64,000 nt of DNA from Selaginella moellendorffii (lineage: Eukaryota > Plantae > Lycopodiophyta). The stretch spans positions 1,064,074 through 1,128,073 of the forward strand of contig NW_003314273.1 in assembly GCF_000143415.4 (NCBI RefSeq), written 5' to 3'. The stretch's first letter is position 1. The number at the start of each line of letters is the position of its first letter. The notes under the pieces were generated by a model. It did not search any database. It saw nothing but the letters and a program-made list of their open reading frames with translations, and was not told where the DNA came from. Shown piece by piece: positions 1 to 11,099 of the stretch. The translations under genes were made by a program, and so were the position numbers.

Positions 1-29
1 TGTGCGCAGCGTGAGCAACATATAACATC

Positions 30-377
30 ATGTCGGGCGTGTGGGTGTTCAAGAATGGAGTGGCGAGATTAGTCTCCAATCCGCTCATGGAGCCGATCGA
101 CAGCGGCGAGCGCGGAATTCTTCGCAAGAAAGTGCTGGTGCATGTCCCCAGCAACCAGATCATCTCCTCCTACGCGCACCTCGAGGCCAAACTCTTGGAT
201 CTTGGGTGGGAGCGCTACCCCTACGAAGAGCCCGATCTTATCCAGTTCCACAAGATCTCCTCGGTCGACCTCATCTCTCTGCCCGCAGACTTCACCAGGT
301 TCAAGACCATCCACATGTACGACATTGTTGTCAAGAACAGATCCTTCTTTGAAGTACGGGACTTCTCATGTACTTAA
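30..377 (+). CDS. FPF1: Flowering-promoting factor 1-like protein, single exon
   Basis: ORF MSGVWVFKNGVARLV...KVLVH...LGWERY...LIQFHK...LISLP.DF..FK..HMYDIVVKN matches the FPF1 family. Confidence 0.93.
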   Translation: MSGVWVFKNGVARLVSNPLMEPIDSGERGILRKKVLVHVPSNQIISSYAHLEAKLLDLGWERYPYEEPDLIQFHKISSVDLISLPADFTRFKTIHMYDIVVKNRSFFEVRDFSCT

Positions 378-453
378 AAATTCGCTCCCTTCCCCCACCA
401 AGACAAAGAAGAAAAATACAAACCATGATAATAAAATGTTGCTCCCATTCTGT

Positions 454-1737
454 TTAGATGGTAGCTTTCTGAGACAGGTAGTGTTCTAGCATGTCGTCCT
501 CGTCCAAGTCTAGAGCCAAAACAGCCAGCCATTTAAAAACCAAATCTGAAAATCTCGAGCGAATTCCCCGTACCTTCGTCATCGTAATCGGCATCGAAGT
601 CAATGTCCTCTTCTGCCTCCTCTTCGCTCGATTCAGCCACGGGTTTGCCAACTCTCTGCATCTCAAAGGCACTGTCACTGAGCCACCCTCCCAAGCCCAA
701 GGAGGAGAATACGTTTACCACAGCTGAAGCTCGACCACTTTCAAACCAGGCCCTCCCGCTCAGCCGCTTGTCCTTGGTGGTGGTGAGAGCCGACTCGGGC
801 ATCAACCTGGGACATGAAAAGTGATTCTAGACACAGGAAACGAGTACAGACAACCAATACCTGGCTCTCTCAAGGGCTAGCTCGGCCTCAAATCTTTCTC
901 TCCATGCCACAAACGTTTCGACAGTTACCACCTCCCCATGCGGCTCCACGACCTTCAAAGAATCATGCTGGTGTTAGAATTCAGCTGATAAGATCTATTC
1001 AACCTCGTCTATTCCAGGTGCCTCTTCTTCATCTTCCCCGCTCCCTTCGTCTTCTTGAGCAAACCTTAGAGACAGCCATTCCTTTGCTGAAGTAGCCAGT
1101 GTGTACATCATGGCCATTCCGAGGCTCTCCGTGGCCTGCAAAACCCGGATTGTCAAGCCAGCGATTCCAGACTCTGGATGACAGCATGCAAACCTCTGCT
1201 TGGAGCTTTTGTTTGAGCTCTTTAGCTTCGCTGTCCCTGACGCCCTTGCCACTGCCACAAAAGTGTCGTTACACAGTAATTGGAGAACTCAGTATGCAGC
1301 TCACCTACGGACATCCAAAAGGGGTGGCTCGTCAGGATAGTTTGGTGTATGTGCAAAGATTAGATTTACCTGAGCTGCACCACAAAAGTTAAAAAAGGAA
1401 AAATCTCATTTATTGATTCAAGAACTGACCAGCCTCCCCCTCATCCTGCACAGAGATTCATATATCTAAAAATCAAGAGCCTAAACGAGCAGGAAAGCGC
1501 ACCCATACCTCCGATGTTATTTTGATCTGGTACGACGGACTTTGAGTGTCCTCTAACACTGCAATTGTACTAAGTAGTGAACATAAAAGAACATGCTCAT
1601 CCTCGAAAAGGATACCTTGAATATCATCCATGAGAATGGCTTGCAGCGCCTCAACCTCCATTTCCTGTTCTTGAGCGTAATCTGCACAGATCAAAGCTGC
1701 TGGGTGAGCTCCAACCTACTCCCATCGCCTTACCCAT
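454..1737 (-). CDS. RWD domain-containing protein (RWDD1/GIR2-like), multi-exon
   Basis: 4-nt first exon ATGG (1737-1734) splices to give MDYAQEQEMEVEALQAILMDDIQ. Also LGMAMMYTLATSAKEWL, the KRLSGRAWFESG motif and an acidic tail ending DEDDMLEHYLSQKATI*. Confidence 0.88.
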
Positions 1738-1802
1738 CGATCGCTAGCTCTAGGGTAGCCAAAACAAATTAGGGTTTTTGGTATTCATGGTTTTTGAAGA
1801 AA

Positions 1803-2381
1803 TCACTCGATCCGCTTCTTGGCGAAAGGATACGTGTAGGGCATGAGGCGCACTAGCACAATCAACGGGATGATGAGGTAGGGCACGTAAATGCTGAAGA
1901 GCTGGAACTTCGTTGGGACTTGAGAGCACAGAATATCGAACAAGATTGGTATCTGTCGACCAATGAGCCAAATTACATAGCCAAAGTGGATCCAAACTTA
2001 CCATCGTTGTGGCTGTGTGAACTCCATAGATAATGCCGGTGGTTCTCCCCCAAGGCTTTCCTGGAGGCCATGGTGAGAGAGAGAGAGAGAGAGATGAATG
2101 CTCGATTTACCGTAGTAGAAGGCAATGGCGTTGGCAATGTAGAGTGGGAGCTGCACGAAGATCTCGCAGAACACAAGGCCAAGGAAGAATGGGGGCTTGT
2201 CGCGCATGAGGTAGTCACCGGACGTACGGATGTGCCACCGGACGAGCGCCTGGATCGCGGCCGGGAAGCAAGACATGGGCAGTACGGCCGTGGAGTCCAC
2301 AAACAAGACGAGGGGCACGTTGAGCGCGAAGAAGATCGCCAACCCGACATCCAGCCCCCGGCTTCCTCTACACTTCCTCAT
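1803..2381 (-). CDS. TMEM97/sigma-2 receptor-like EXPERA-domain membrane protein
   Basis: GDYLMRDKPPFFLGLVFCEIFVQLP, GIIYGVHTATTM and terminal IYVPYLIIPLIVLVRL...KKRIE* pieced together across short introns. Confidence 0.82.
2075..2094. repeat. (GA)n microsatellite in a TMEM97-like intron
   Basis: gagagagagagagagagaga read directly. Confidence 0.9.
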
Positions 2382-2965
2382 CTCGCGCGACTCACAGCCA
2401 CAGACCTAAAAATCTCCTGCACGTTGTTGTTTATAAAAGTCAATTTCATCTCGTCATCTCGAAATCCGAGGTTGCGTTTGATCCTGGAACATGGCTTGTT
2501 CTATTGCTCACAATGCGCAAACCAAGGGGGGAGGGCAATCTGTTGGTGCCGGCGCCCAGATTCCATCACCGACGTGTGGAACAGATCCATTCCTTCCGAA
2601 TCAAGCCGACGGATCTTTTGTGGGGGAGGAAGACAAGAGAATGTCAAGATAGAACGGAGGTGGTGGATTAGATCGCGGGTTTTGTGATTGCTGAGTTGAC
2701 TTTGTTGTTAAAGCTTACAACTAACCTTCCCTTCCGGCGTCAAGCTAGGTAGCGAAGCTGCGCCACGCGTCCCCGTTGTGCATCGTGGCCGTTGAGAACG
2801 AAATAAAGTCAAAATACATTCTCTTGTACGTTATAAATAAGATCGATTCGAGCTGTACGAAATCACACAGAGACCTTATACGCAATTTTGCAACACCTTG
2901 GCATTTCAATTCTGCTCTTTCTTTCAGCATATTACATCTATCTATTCCCACTTGTGCCAGTTGCA

Positions 2966-3862
2966 ATGGCCGACTGCAACAAGGTACTTACAACATCCAT
3001 ATCTTTGTCTTCCCTCCTTCTAACGAGATTCGATTCGTCTATTTGTATCAGTCATCAATTGAAGCCTGGGAGTATAATCCCGGGGACGAAGAGAACTCCA
3101 AGCTTCCTCACAAGTTCTCGCCCAATCGTCCAGTGCCGCTTTCTCACGTTCACAGTCAGTAGACAAATCCTTCTTTTGTTCTTAGCTTTAAACTTGTCAT
3201 ACACACACAGGTCTTGGCGTTTTAACATGGAAGCTAGACGCCGACAACTGGGAGAGCGACCCCAAACTAGAAGAGATTAAAGTCGAGCGAGGATATAACT
3301 ACTGGGTGAGATGACAGACGCTCAAGTGGAAGGATGAAATCGTTTCTCATAATTTCCTGCCGTCCTGGGACAGGAAAAGATCACTGTATCTCGGGAAGCT
3401 ATGGCTGATTTTGATGCTCGAGTCGGGGGATTCTTTCAAGAACACATGCATTCTCAAGAGGAGATACGGCTCATCCTTGACGGAAGTGGTACATGCCCGA
3501 TTTAAACATTTTTTGAAGTTTTGAATTGCTTAAATGCCGCTGCCTCAGGCTACTGGGACATTCGGGACTATGATGACAAATGGGTGCGTTTCCGTGTCCA
3601 GAAAGGAGATCTGGTAGTGCTACCGCCAGGCATGTATCACCGCTTCACGCTCGACACAGGCGATTACATTGAGGTTCGTACGTTGGGGTTCTGTTTCACC
3701 AACACTTAACAACGAATGTTCTTTTCAATGAGCCAGGCCCTGCTCCTCTACACTGAGGTGCCAGAGAGAACTCAGCACCAACGAGCGGAGGACAGCATTG
3801 CCCGCAAGAATTACGTCAAGCAATTCCTCGACGTCCATACGTTGCAAATCAAAGCGCAGTGA
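2966..3862 (+). CDS. ARD: Acireductone dioxygenase (methionine salvage), ~6 exons
   Basis: IEAW..., [31 protein letters not shown]....[17 protein letters not shown]: cupin metal ligands H-x-H, E, H. Confidence 0.93.
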
Positions 3863-4198
3863 TCGTGGAACATGGAGAATTTTGCTTGGAGCTGGAGATG
3901 ATTTGGAGTATATAATTGTTTCCGCTTGCTTGTTACTTGTAAAACGGGGAGAAGAGCTCTGTGAATACTTTGTGTGCTCCCCCGTCACTGCCATTAATCT
4001 TCGAAAGTAAACTATTTTCCGCTGAAATTCCTCGTCGTGTAGCGCGTTGTGCCCGAGTCTCCGTCGATGTAATGTTACGAACGTGGAGATTTCCAAAAGT
4101 CAACCCCACGCTCACAACAAAATGATATCAAGAGGTCCAAAGTCCACGGCGAGGAACAGTAGCTTGGATGGCCCAGTCAAAGCTAAGGTTGTAATGAA

Positions 4199-5377
4199 TC
4201 ACTGAACGGAGTCGTGAGCGTTATGTACAAATTCCACCTTCAAACTCAAGTTGAGGCAGCATGCAGCTTCTCCCTCCTCTTTTCCCTACGAGAGACTATC
4301 TCCGCTGCCCACGCTTTGCCAATATCGGTCTGAAACTTGCCTGCGCCCCACAAGGTTTTAGAAGAACTCGTCGACAATGATCTCGGACGCTATAGCACAC
4401 TCACCAGCAGTTGACATAAAAAAGTCATCCAACTCCTTGTCTTGAGCTGCGAGTGACAGGGAAGGCAATTGAATCATCACTTACGACTGATTCCTAACGC
4501 TTACGTACCGCTCTCGTATTCCAAAGCTTGGAGAATCATCTCGACCTGCTTCGTGTTATAACCCAGGAAGGTAATAGTAGTGGATCACGTGAGACGAGAT
4601 AAACTCACCTTGTCTAGATCCTTGACAAGCTTCGCCTCAGGCGACAGGTTAGATTCGTATTCGTTCCAGAGCTCTCTGATCTCACTGGCTGCCATAAACA
4701 ATGAGCCGGGGGTTAGTTAGCCATGGCTAGCGTGAGCACGAACATACCAGCACGGCCATTCTCGAGAATGTCACACATTTCATCTATGGCTGCTCTCTCT
4801 CGCCTGCTTTTCTCGTCCTTGGGAATGCCATCAGCTGGGGTGATATCACCCACAATAGCTGGAACAAGAGACATTGTAAGCATCGTGAGCACCGGAAGCA
4901 AACGAAGTACTTGCCTTCAGCAATGTCATGCACCACCGCCATCTTGACGCACCTGCGTGTGGGGGTTTAGTGGAGGCACTGGGCTGGTGCACAGAGAAAG
5001 ACGCACCTATCCTTGTCAATGCCTGGAATATCAGCGGCTATAAGAGCCATGATCGCCATACGATGCATATGATCCGCAATGGACTCGGCGTTCTTCACGT
5101 CGCGATTGAGCCATCCCGCCCTCTTGGTCGTCTGTGCTGTCCGGGCGAGATTCGCCAAGCTGGTGGAGTACGCAAGAAAACAAGCGCTTACCTTGAGGCG
5201 CTGGCAGAGCGTAAGGAAGTGAATGACAGACGAGGGAGCCGGAGGAGCCGCCGAGCCGCCATTGTCACCCAGCGCCATCCTTGCTGTGGATGTGGTGGCC
5301 GAGAGGCGGAGGCCTTTCCGACAACAATGCGCAACACCTAATGCTACTGGCAACCGCTGCAGGGCGATGAAACCCAT
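4199..5377 (-). CDS. HDDC2: HD domain-containing protein 2 (HDDC2-like 5'-deoxynucleotidase) with possible transit peptide; alternative start at 5278
   Basis: LKTTKRAGW...ESIADHMHRMAIMA...CVKMAVVHDIAEAIVGDITP.DG..K.EK..RE...EAKLVKDLDK.EMILQALEYE across ~8 exons. Confidence 0.9.
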
Positions 5378-5422
5378 GGAGCTCGCGTGTGCCCTAAAAG
5401 CAAGCAGGCAATCAAGCCCTAC

Positions 5423-6039
5423 ATGGGCTGGGCACTGCTCCTGGCCAAGAGGGCCGCCATTGGAGCCATGATCGGCATTGCAGTGTCGGATGAGCTAGTG
5501 AGTTTGGCGCGCATGCAGGGGAGCTCCATGGAGCCAACGCTGGTAGCCGGGAAGTCTCTCATGGAGGGCGATGTGTTGCTCCTTGACAAGTTCCCGGGCC
5601 ATGATTTTGGATTCTCTCGAGGGGATGTTGTGGTTCTCAGGTAACAAAAAACGGAGAGGCAAATCAAGTATAACACGCTCTTGGTAAGGTCTCCCCACGA
5701 GCCGCAGTACTGGATGGTGAAGAGGCTGATTGCCGTGGAAGGCGACATGCTCAGGGTTCCAGGCAAGCGCGAGCTAGTTCAAGTGCCCAAGGGGCGCTGC
5801 TGGGTGGAAGGGGACAATGCCAATGTGAGCTTGGACTCGAGAAACATGGGGCCGGTACGTAAGTTTTGCATCATCCACGGCAGATCACCTTCCTTGATCA
5901 CACTCGTTTGCAGATCCCAATGGCACTGCTCAAAGCGAGGGTGACTCGTGTCGTGTGGCCGCCAGAGAGATTTGGTAGAGTTGAAAGCATCCTTCCCACC
6001 GGACGCATCGTTGCTCACGGTGAACGCCCCATAAGATAG
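5423..6039 (+). CDS. IMP2: Mitochondrial inner membrane protease subunit 2 (peptidase S26)
   Basis: GSSMEPT catalytic Ser, RGDVVVLRSP, VKRLIAVEGD, CWVEGDNANVSLDSRNMGPIP, VVWPPER; 3 exons. Confidence 0.92.
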
Positions 6040-6167
6040 CCTAGCAGCCCGAGAAGAGAAAAAGAAAACGTATGGTTATCTTCAAGCTATGGTTTTGTCT
6101 ATATACACCAAACATGTTCTTTCGTGTGTAGGAGACGAGATGAGACGAGACGAGAGGCAGTCCAACA

Positions 6168-7764
6168 CTAGGCAACATCCACTTTGAAACTCGTCTCTTG
6201 GCTTGTCACGACAATGCCTTCGAGGGTTACGGGGAGTAGAAGACGAGGCCATTGGCACCCCGTGGACACCGCATCCGGGGGTGGGATTATCATGACAACG
6301 TTGTCGTTCCGCTGTACCACCCCCATCACCGTCACACTGCTACCCTCCTTGATATATCTGTCCGCACAAGAGAGAAATGGATGAGTCTTATCAGAGTCGG
6401 GGCTGGCCAAGTCACTCACCCCTCGGTCAATCGCATCCTCCGGTCGTCCCTCGACAAGTTGCGCTCCGTGAGCCATTGTGTGAAGTCGGATGGCACGCTG
6501 TGGTTCCCCGCTGGTACCTCGACAATCTTGCTCTCCTCCACGTATGGCGACACGCGCGCACTGTAGCCGGCTTTCACCAAGGCTCTAAACCCGGAGTTGA
6601 AGTCGGAGATGTAGAAGTCGACAATGTGTCTCTGTTTGGGAACGCCGGCTGAGAGAATGCGATGCCTGGTAAGCTAAAAGCCTTACCTCGAGGTGGCGCA
6701 ATCCCCAGGTGAAACGCTGGTGCTTGTCGTTGGCAGGCTTGGAGTGCCACGCTCTGTACTCGTGAAGGCTCGCAGACGTGTAGATGCAACGGTTGACCTT
6801 CTGAAATGGAGACTCGAGGTGAACACTTCCGCAGGTGACCACCTGCAATACAACAACAAGTCTCAATTCATGTTCGGATGAGATGAGAACTTACTCCTGT
6901 GACTTTGACGTACTGGCCGTCTTTTGCGGTTGCGAGCTGCGCGTCTGGATGCTTGTCTGCAAAGGAAAGAACGGCCTTTTTACCCCACAGGGTGTTCCAC
7001 AGCAGCAGGAGCAGCACTGCCACGAAGAGGCAGGTTATGATAATAAGCAGGACCGGGTTCTTGACAGCCGCGAGGATGAAAGCTCCAGCGATGAATCCCA
7101 TGACAAAGAGTGGAATGACGGTCCACAGGATGGCCCTGGGGATGTTCTTGCTGTACGAGTAGTGCTTGTCGTGGCTGAGGTTGTTGACGGCCTGGCTGCC
7201 AGTATTTGCTGCCAACTTGAAGGATGCACCAGCGTCTCCTCCAAGGGGCCCCGACACCTTTCGTGGAGCGCCAGTGGACGTGATGAGGCCTGTGGCGGGA
7301 AGATTGATCGGGCCGGATGTTTTCAGAGGGTTGGGGATGGGACCCGAGGTCTTGAGGTTAGGCGTGGACGACAGGTTGCCGGATCTGGAGCCGGTGCCGC
7401 CGGTGAGAGGACCCGAGTTGGACTTTTGAGAGTTTTGCCTGGGCATGCCAGCGGAATTGAGCGGGCCGGAGGTGGAGAATGCAGATCTGGGAGGCCCTGT
7501 AGGGGTGCCGCCAGTAGCGGTGCTGCTCCCCCGGAACGATCCACCGGAGGCTATCGGGCCAGATTTTTTGGATTTGGAGGCCTCGACAGCAATGTCAAAC
7601 ATTTTGCCGAGCTCGCCAGATTTTTTGACATCGCCTCCAGTGTACGGCATTGCCGAGGACGTCATGGTTGGGGCCTTCTCCTTGTGCTGGTCGGGACGAC
7701 CTGAGACGTAGAGGCCATTGCTGAGCTGATGAGAGGGGAAGTTGGTTACTGGTATGTTGGCCAT
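6168..7764 (-). CDS. SHOU4/SHOU4L-like membrane protein (At1g16860/At1g78880 family)
   Basis: FPSHQLSNGLYVSGRP...MPYTGGDVKKSGELGKMFDI, SGP repeats, two TM helices, AKDGQYVKVTGVVTCG, EGYIKEGSSVTVMGVV. Confidence 0.88.
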
Positions 7765-8229
7765 GAAGACACTGGGACAAGATGGAATTCGGGGAGTGGG
7801 AATCGAGAAGCGCTACAAACCCCAGCTCTCTATCTATGCTCTAGTGCTGCTGCTACCTGCATTTGGCTGCCCCTTTGTCTTGTTGAGCCACCAGATTCGT
7901 ATTTGGTTGCGACAGTGCATGCAATGTGGCCTCGGCAACGCATGCTGCTCTCCTGATCCGGATGACCTAAGCCCCAGCGTACCTGGGAATTGGGCACGCG
8001 AGCTCTGGATCTGGTGGACAAGCTTGCCCTTCTTGAAGACCCTTTGTGCTGTGCCAAGCGCGCTCTCGCTTTTGTCACCACCTCTCACTGTTGCTCTTTC
8101 CCAACAAAAGGCGTGAGAGACAGCACACCAGCCCAACAGCAACAAGTGACTACTAGAGAGGTGAAAAAGAGAGAGGAATATGCCCAGTCAAAGCCAAACC
8201 CCCTTGGGCGCTAGGGCTTTTGAGCGCCA

Positions 8230-9653
8230 ATGTCGGCTACTGCTGCTGGCGCCGCGAGCCTGGGTGCCGCCGCCGTCGACAAGCCATGGAGGAGGCAAGC
8301 GGCGGTTGTGTGTGCGTGTGGGAGCAAGGCCGATGTAGCCACTCTGGGCAACCTGTGTGTGGACATCGTCCTCGATGTGCCCTGCCTTCCGCCATCCAAC
8401 CCAGCTGCCAAGCTCAAATTCCTGCGTCACCTCGAGTCCTGCCCGCCCGACGAGGTTTGTGCTTGTATTGGCTTTGATCACATCACAGCATGCGTGACAT
8501 AGCGAGCAGAGTGCGTGGGAGGCCGGTGGCATTTGCAACTTCACCATTGCGGCAGCCAGGTTGGGCCTCGAGTGCGTGAGCATCGGCCACATTGGAAGCG
8601 AGCCCTTTGGCAAGTTTTTGAGCAGGATCCTGGACAAGGAGGGCGTGGACGTGGCCAGGATCAGCGCAGACGTGACCTCCGACTTTGATGGCAGCACGCT
8701 AGTCTGTTGGGTGCTCGTGGACCCCGAGCACCAGCACGCGTTTTGTAGGTGAGCCTCTATTCTAGTTGCTCTTTGTTGTCACTCGCTAAAGTGTAATCGC
8801 CAGCCGTTTCGACTTCAACAAGGCTCCAGTGCTGGACAAGATGCACAAGCTGCCCCCCAAAGCGGAGTCCGTCATACAAAACTCGAAAGCGCTCCATTTC
8901 AATGGCTTCGCCTTCGACGAGCTGCTGCCTTCCGCTATCCTCTCGGCGGTGGACTGCGCTCACGCGGCGGGCAACGCCGTCTTTTTCGATCCGGGCCCGA
9001 GAGGCGAGTCGCTGTTTAGACAGGATCGGAGCACGCTGGAACGAATCCTTACACTCAGCGATGTGCTGCTTCTGACAGCCGACGAGGTGGTAACGTGATA
9101 TTTGTATCATGTTGGAGGTGACGCAACCCGTCCTCTTGATGGTTTCAGGCTGCGACGCTGACCGGAATAGACGATCCCTACGCTGCTGCCACAGCTCTCC
9201 TGGACAATGGAATGCACACCAAATGGGTGATTGTGAAAATGGGAGCTCAAGGGTCGCTCATGGCGGATCGTCAAGGCTGCCACCACGTCCCAGGATTCAA
9301 GGTAGCTGCTCTGTATCCTTGCGCGCACCTTTGACATGCTGGTTTTGCATGCACAGGTTGACGTGATCGACACAGTGGGCTGTGGTGATAGCTTTGCGGC
9401 GGCGGCGGTGTTGGGCTACAATTGCGGCTTGCCTGCCACCACCACCCTGACGCTTGCAAATGCCGTGGGTGGCGCCACCGCCATGGGTGTCGGAGCTGGT
9501 CGCAATGTGGCCACCGTCTCAAAGGTTCACAGGGTGCTATCTGGCTCCGACTTTGATGGTGACAATAATTCCCTGGCTAATCTTCTCCTCAGAAAGGACA
9601 CGGCGTCTTTCCTGGACAAGCTTGTTACGTGCTCCTGTAAACTTACCAAGTGA
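8230..9653 (+). CDS. pfkB/ribokinase-family kinase, resembling plastid nucleoside kinase PNK1 (At1g06730)
   Basis: DVATLGNLCVDIVL, WEAGG.CN..IAAARLGL, FFDPGPRG, VIVKMG..G, DTVGCGDSF anion-hole motif; Ala-rich transit-like N-terminus. Confidence 0.88.
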
Positions 9654-9708
9654 AGCTGCCACTCGTCTCGTGCGCGCAACAGTTTAGGTCTTTTGGAATT
9701 AGGGAGGG

Positions 9709-9740
9709 GCGATGGCGATGGCGATGGCGATGGCGATGGC
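9709..9740 (+). repeat. (GCGATG)5 hexamer repeat giving five in-frame ATGs (MAMAMAMAMA)
   Basis: gcgatggcgatggcgatggcgatggcgatggc read directly at the saposin start. Confidence 0.9.
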
Positions 9741-10865
9741 GGTGCCTGCAGCGGTGGTTTTAATGGCCTTGGTGGTGGCTGCAGCAGCTGACAAAGCCGA
9801 TTCTGGTGGCCTCTGCTCCATTTTCTCTCCTTCCCTCTTTTGTTAACGGATTGTTCTTTCCCAATTGGCAAGGTTTGTTTTGCAAGGAGTGCTTGGACGT
9901 TGCCACCGACGCACAAGATTTCCTGGCGAGCCCTCACAATTTGGAGACTGTCGTCGACTTCGTCCAGGCTCATGGCTGTGCAAAGGTTCCCCTGGCATAC
10001 AAAGACAAGGCAATGTTGTGCTTCATCTCTTGGCTTTCAATTATCTCAAAAGATTTGCTGTTGACAGTGCGACGAGATGTCTCAAGAGTATGTCTCGGTT
10101 CTCTTCTCCACTTTACAAGACTACATGACTCCGCAAAAGATGTGTCTGGACACGGGCATATGCGCTGGGGCCAAACACCTGGAAATGTCTGCAACCAGTT
10201 GTTCCGCATGCCACTTCTTGGCAACAAAGGCTCTTGCCGCAGGTAACAGGCTGAGTCCAGAGGCCATCCGTGAAGAGCTCACGGCTGCATGCTCCAGCCA
10301 TAAGTGGATCCAAGACAGGGTAAAGTTCCTCGTCTCGTCTTGTAGCAACATAACCTGAATGTCTTGTGGCAGTGCATGTCTGTGCTGGATCGTTTCGGTC
10401 CAGGGCTGCTCGGGTCCCCAGCTCATTTTTGCATGGAATCAGAGGTGTGCAAGGCGAATGGCGTGAAAGGTGTGGGACGCAACAACTGTGCGCTTTGTCG
10501 CTACCTAGCTCTGGAGATGAAGACGAAGCTGCAGGACCCCGAGACACAGGTAGTAACGAGCGTTTCCAGGCTATCGTCTTAAATGCTTTTGTGCTTTGAT
10601 CGATCACCAACCAGGAGAAGCTGATTGAATTCCTGCTTGCCAACTGCCAGAAATTGCACAACCATGAGGATGAGGTAATGGCAGTTCGAGCTGGTTTTTA
10701 AAGGAGGCGAGTGTGACATGGTTGGTTTCTGTGCAGTGCAAGCTGCTGGTGCTGGAGTATGGGCCACAGGTGTTGGCAAATCTGGAGGCCGTGCTCGATG
10801 ACGACGAGATCTGCGCCAAGATTGGAATGTGCCCGTCGACCTTGAGCTTGTCGTCGGCGATTTAA
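9712..10865 (+). CDS. Prosaposin-like protein with signal peptide and three saposin-B domains
   Basis: Hydrophobic leader, then three CxxC...C...C...C..(G)xC units: FCKEC...CLDTGIC, SCSAC...CMESEVC, NCALC...CAKIGMC; 6 exons. Confidence 0.87.
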
Positions 10866-11099
10866 CTTGATAAACTACTCGAGCGCGCCCCCCACGCACA
10901 CGACTGTACATGGTTATATTTTAATTTTAGCTATCAATGGTTGGATCAACGAACGGCTCTCTTCCCGCTCACCACAATATTTCCAAGGGCTTTTCTTTTT
11001 CCCTGCTGCTTATATATCCCTCCCACACCAAAAGGGGCGGCGCCTCGCGCTTCGTAACGCTCCTCCCTCGGCCCTCCTCCTTGACTCGATGCGCTGACA

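Noticed and set aside
6835-7704. 289-aa plus-strand ORF (and similar ones such as 2070-2687, 22971-23543, 24913-25479)
   Set aside because: Antisense or alternate-frame shadows of identified genes, expected from high GC3.
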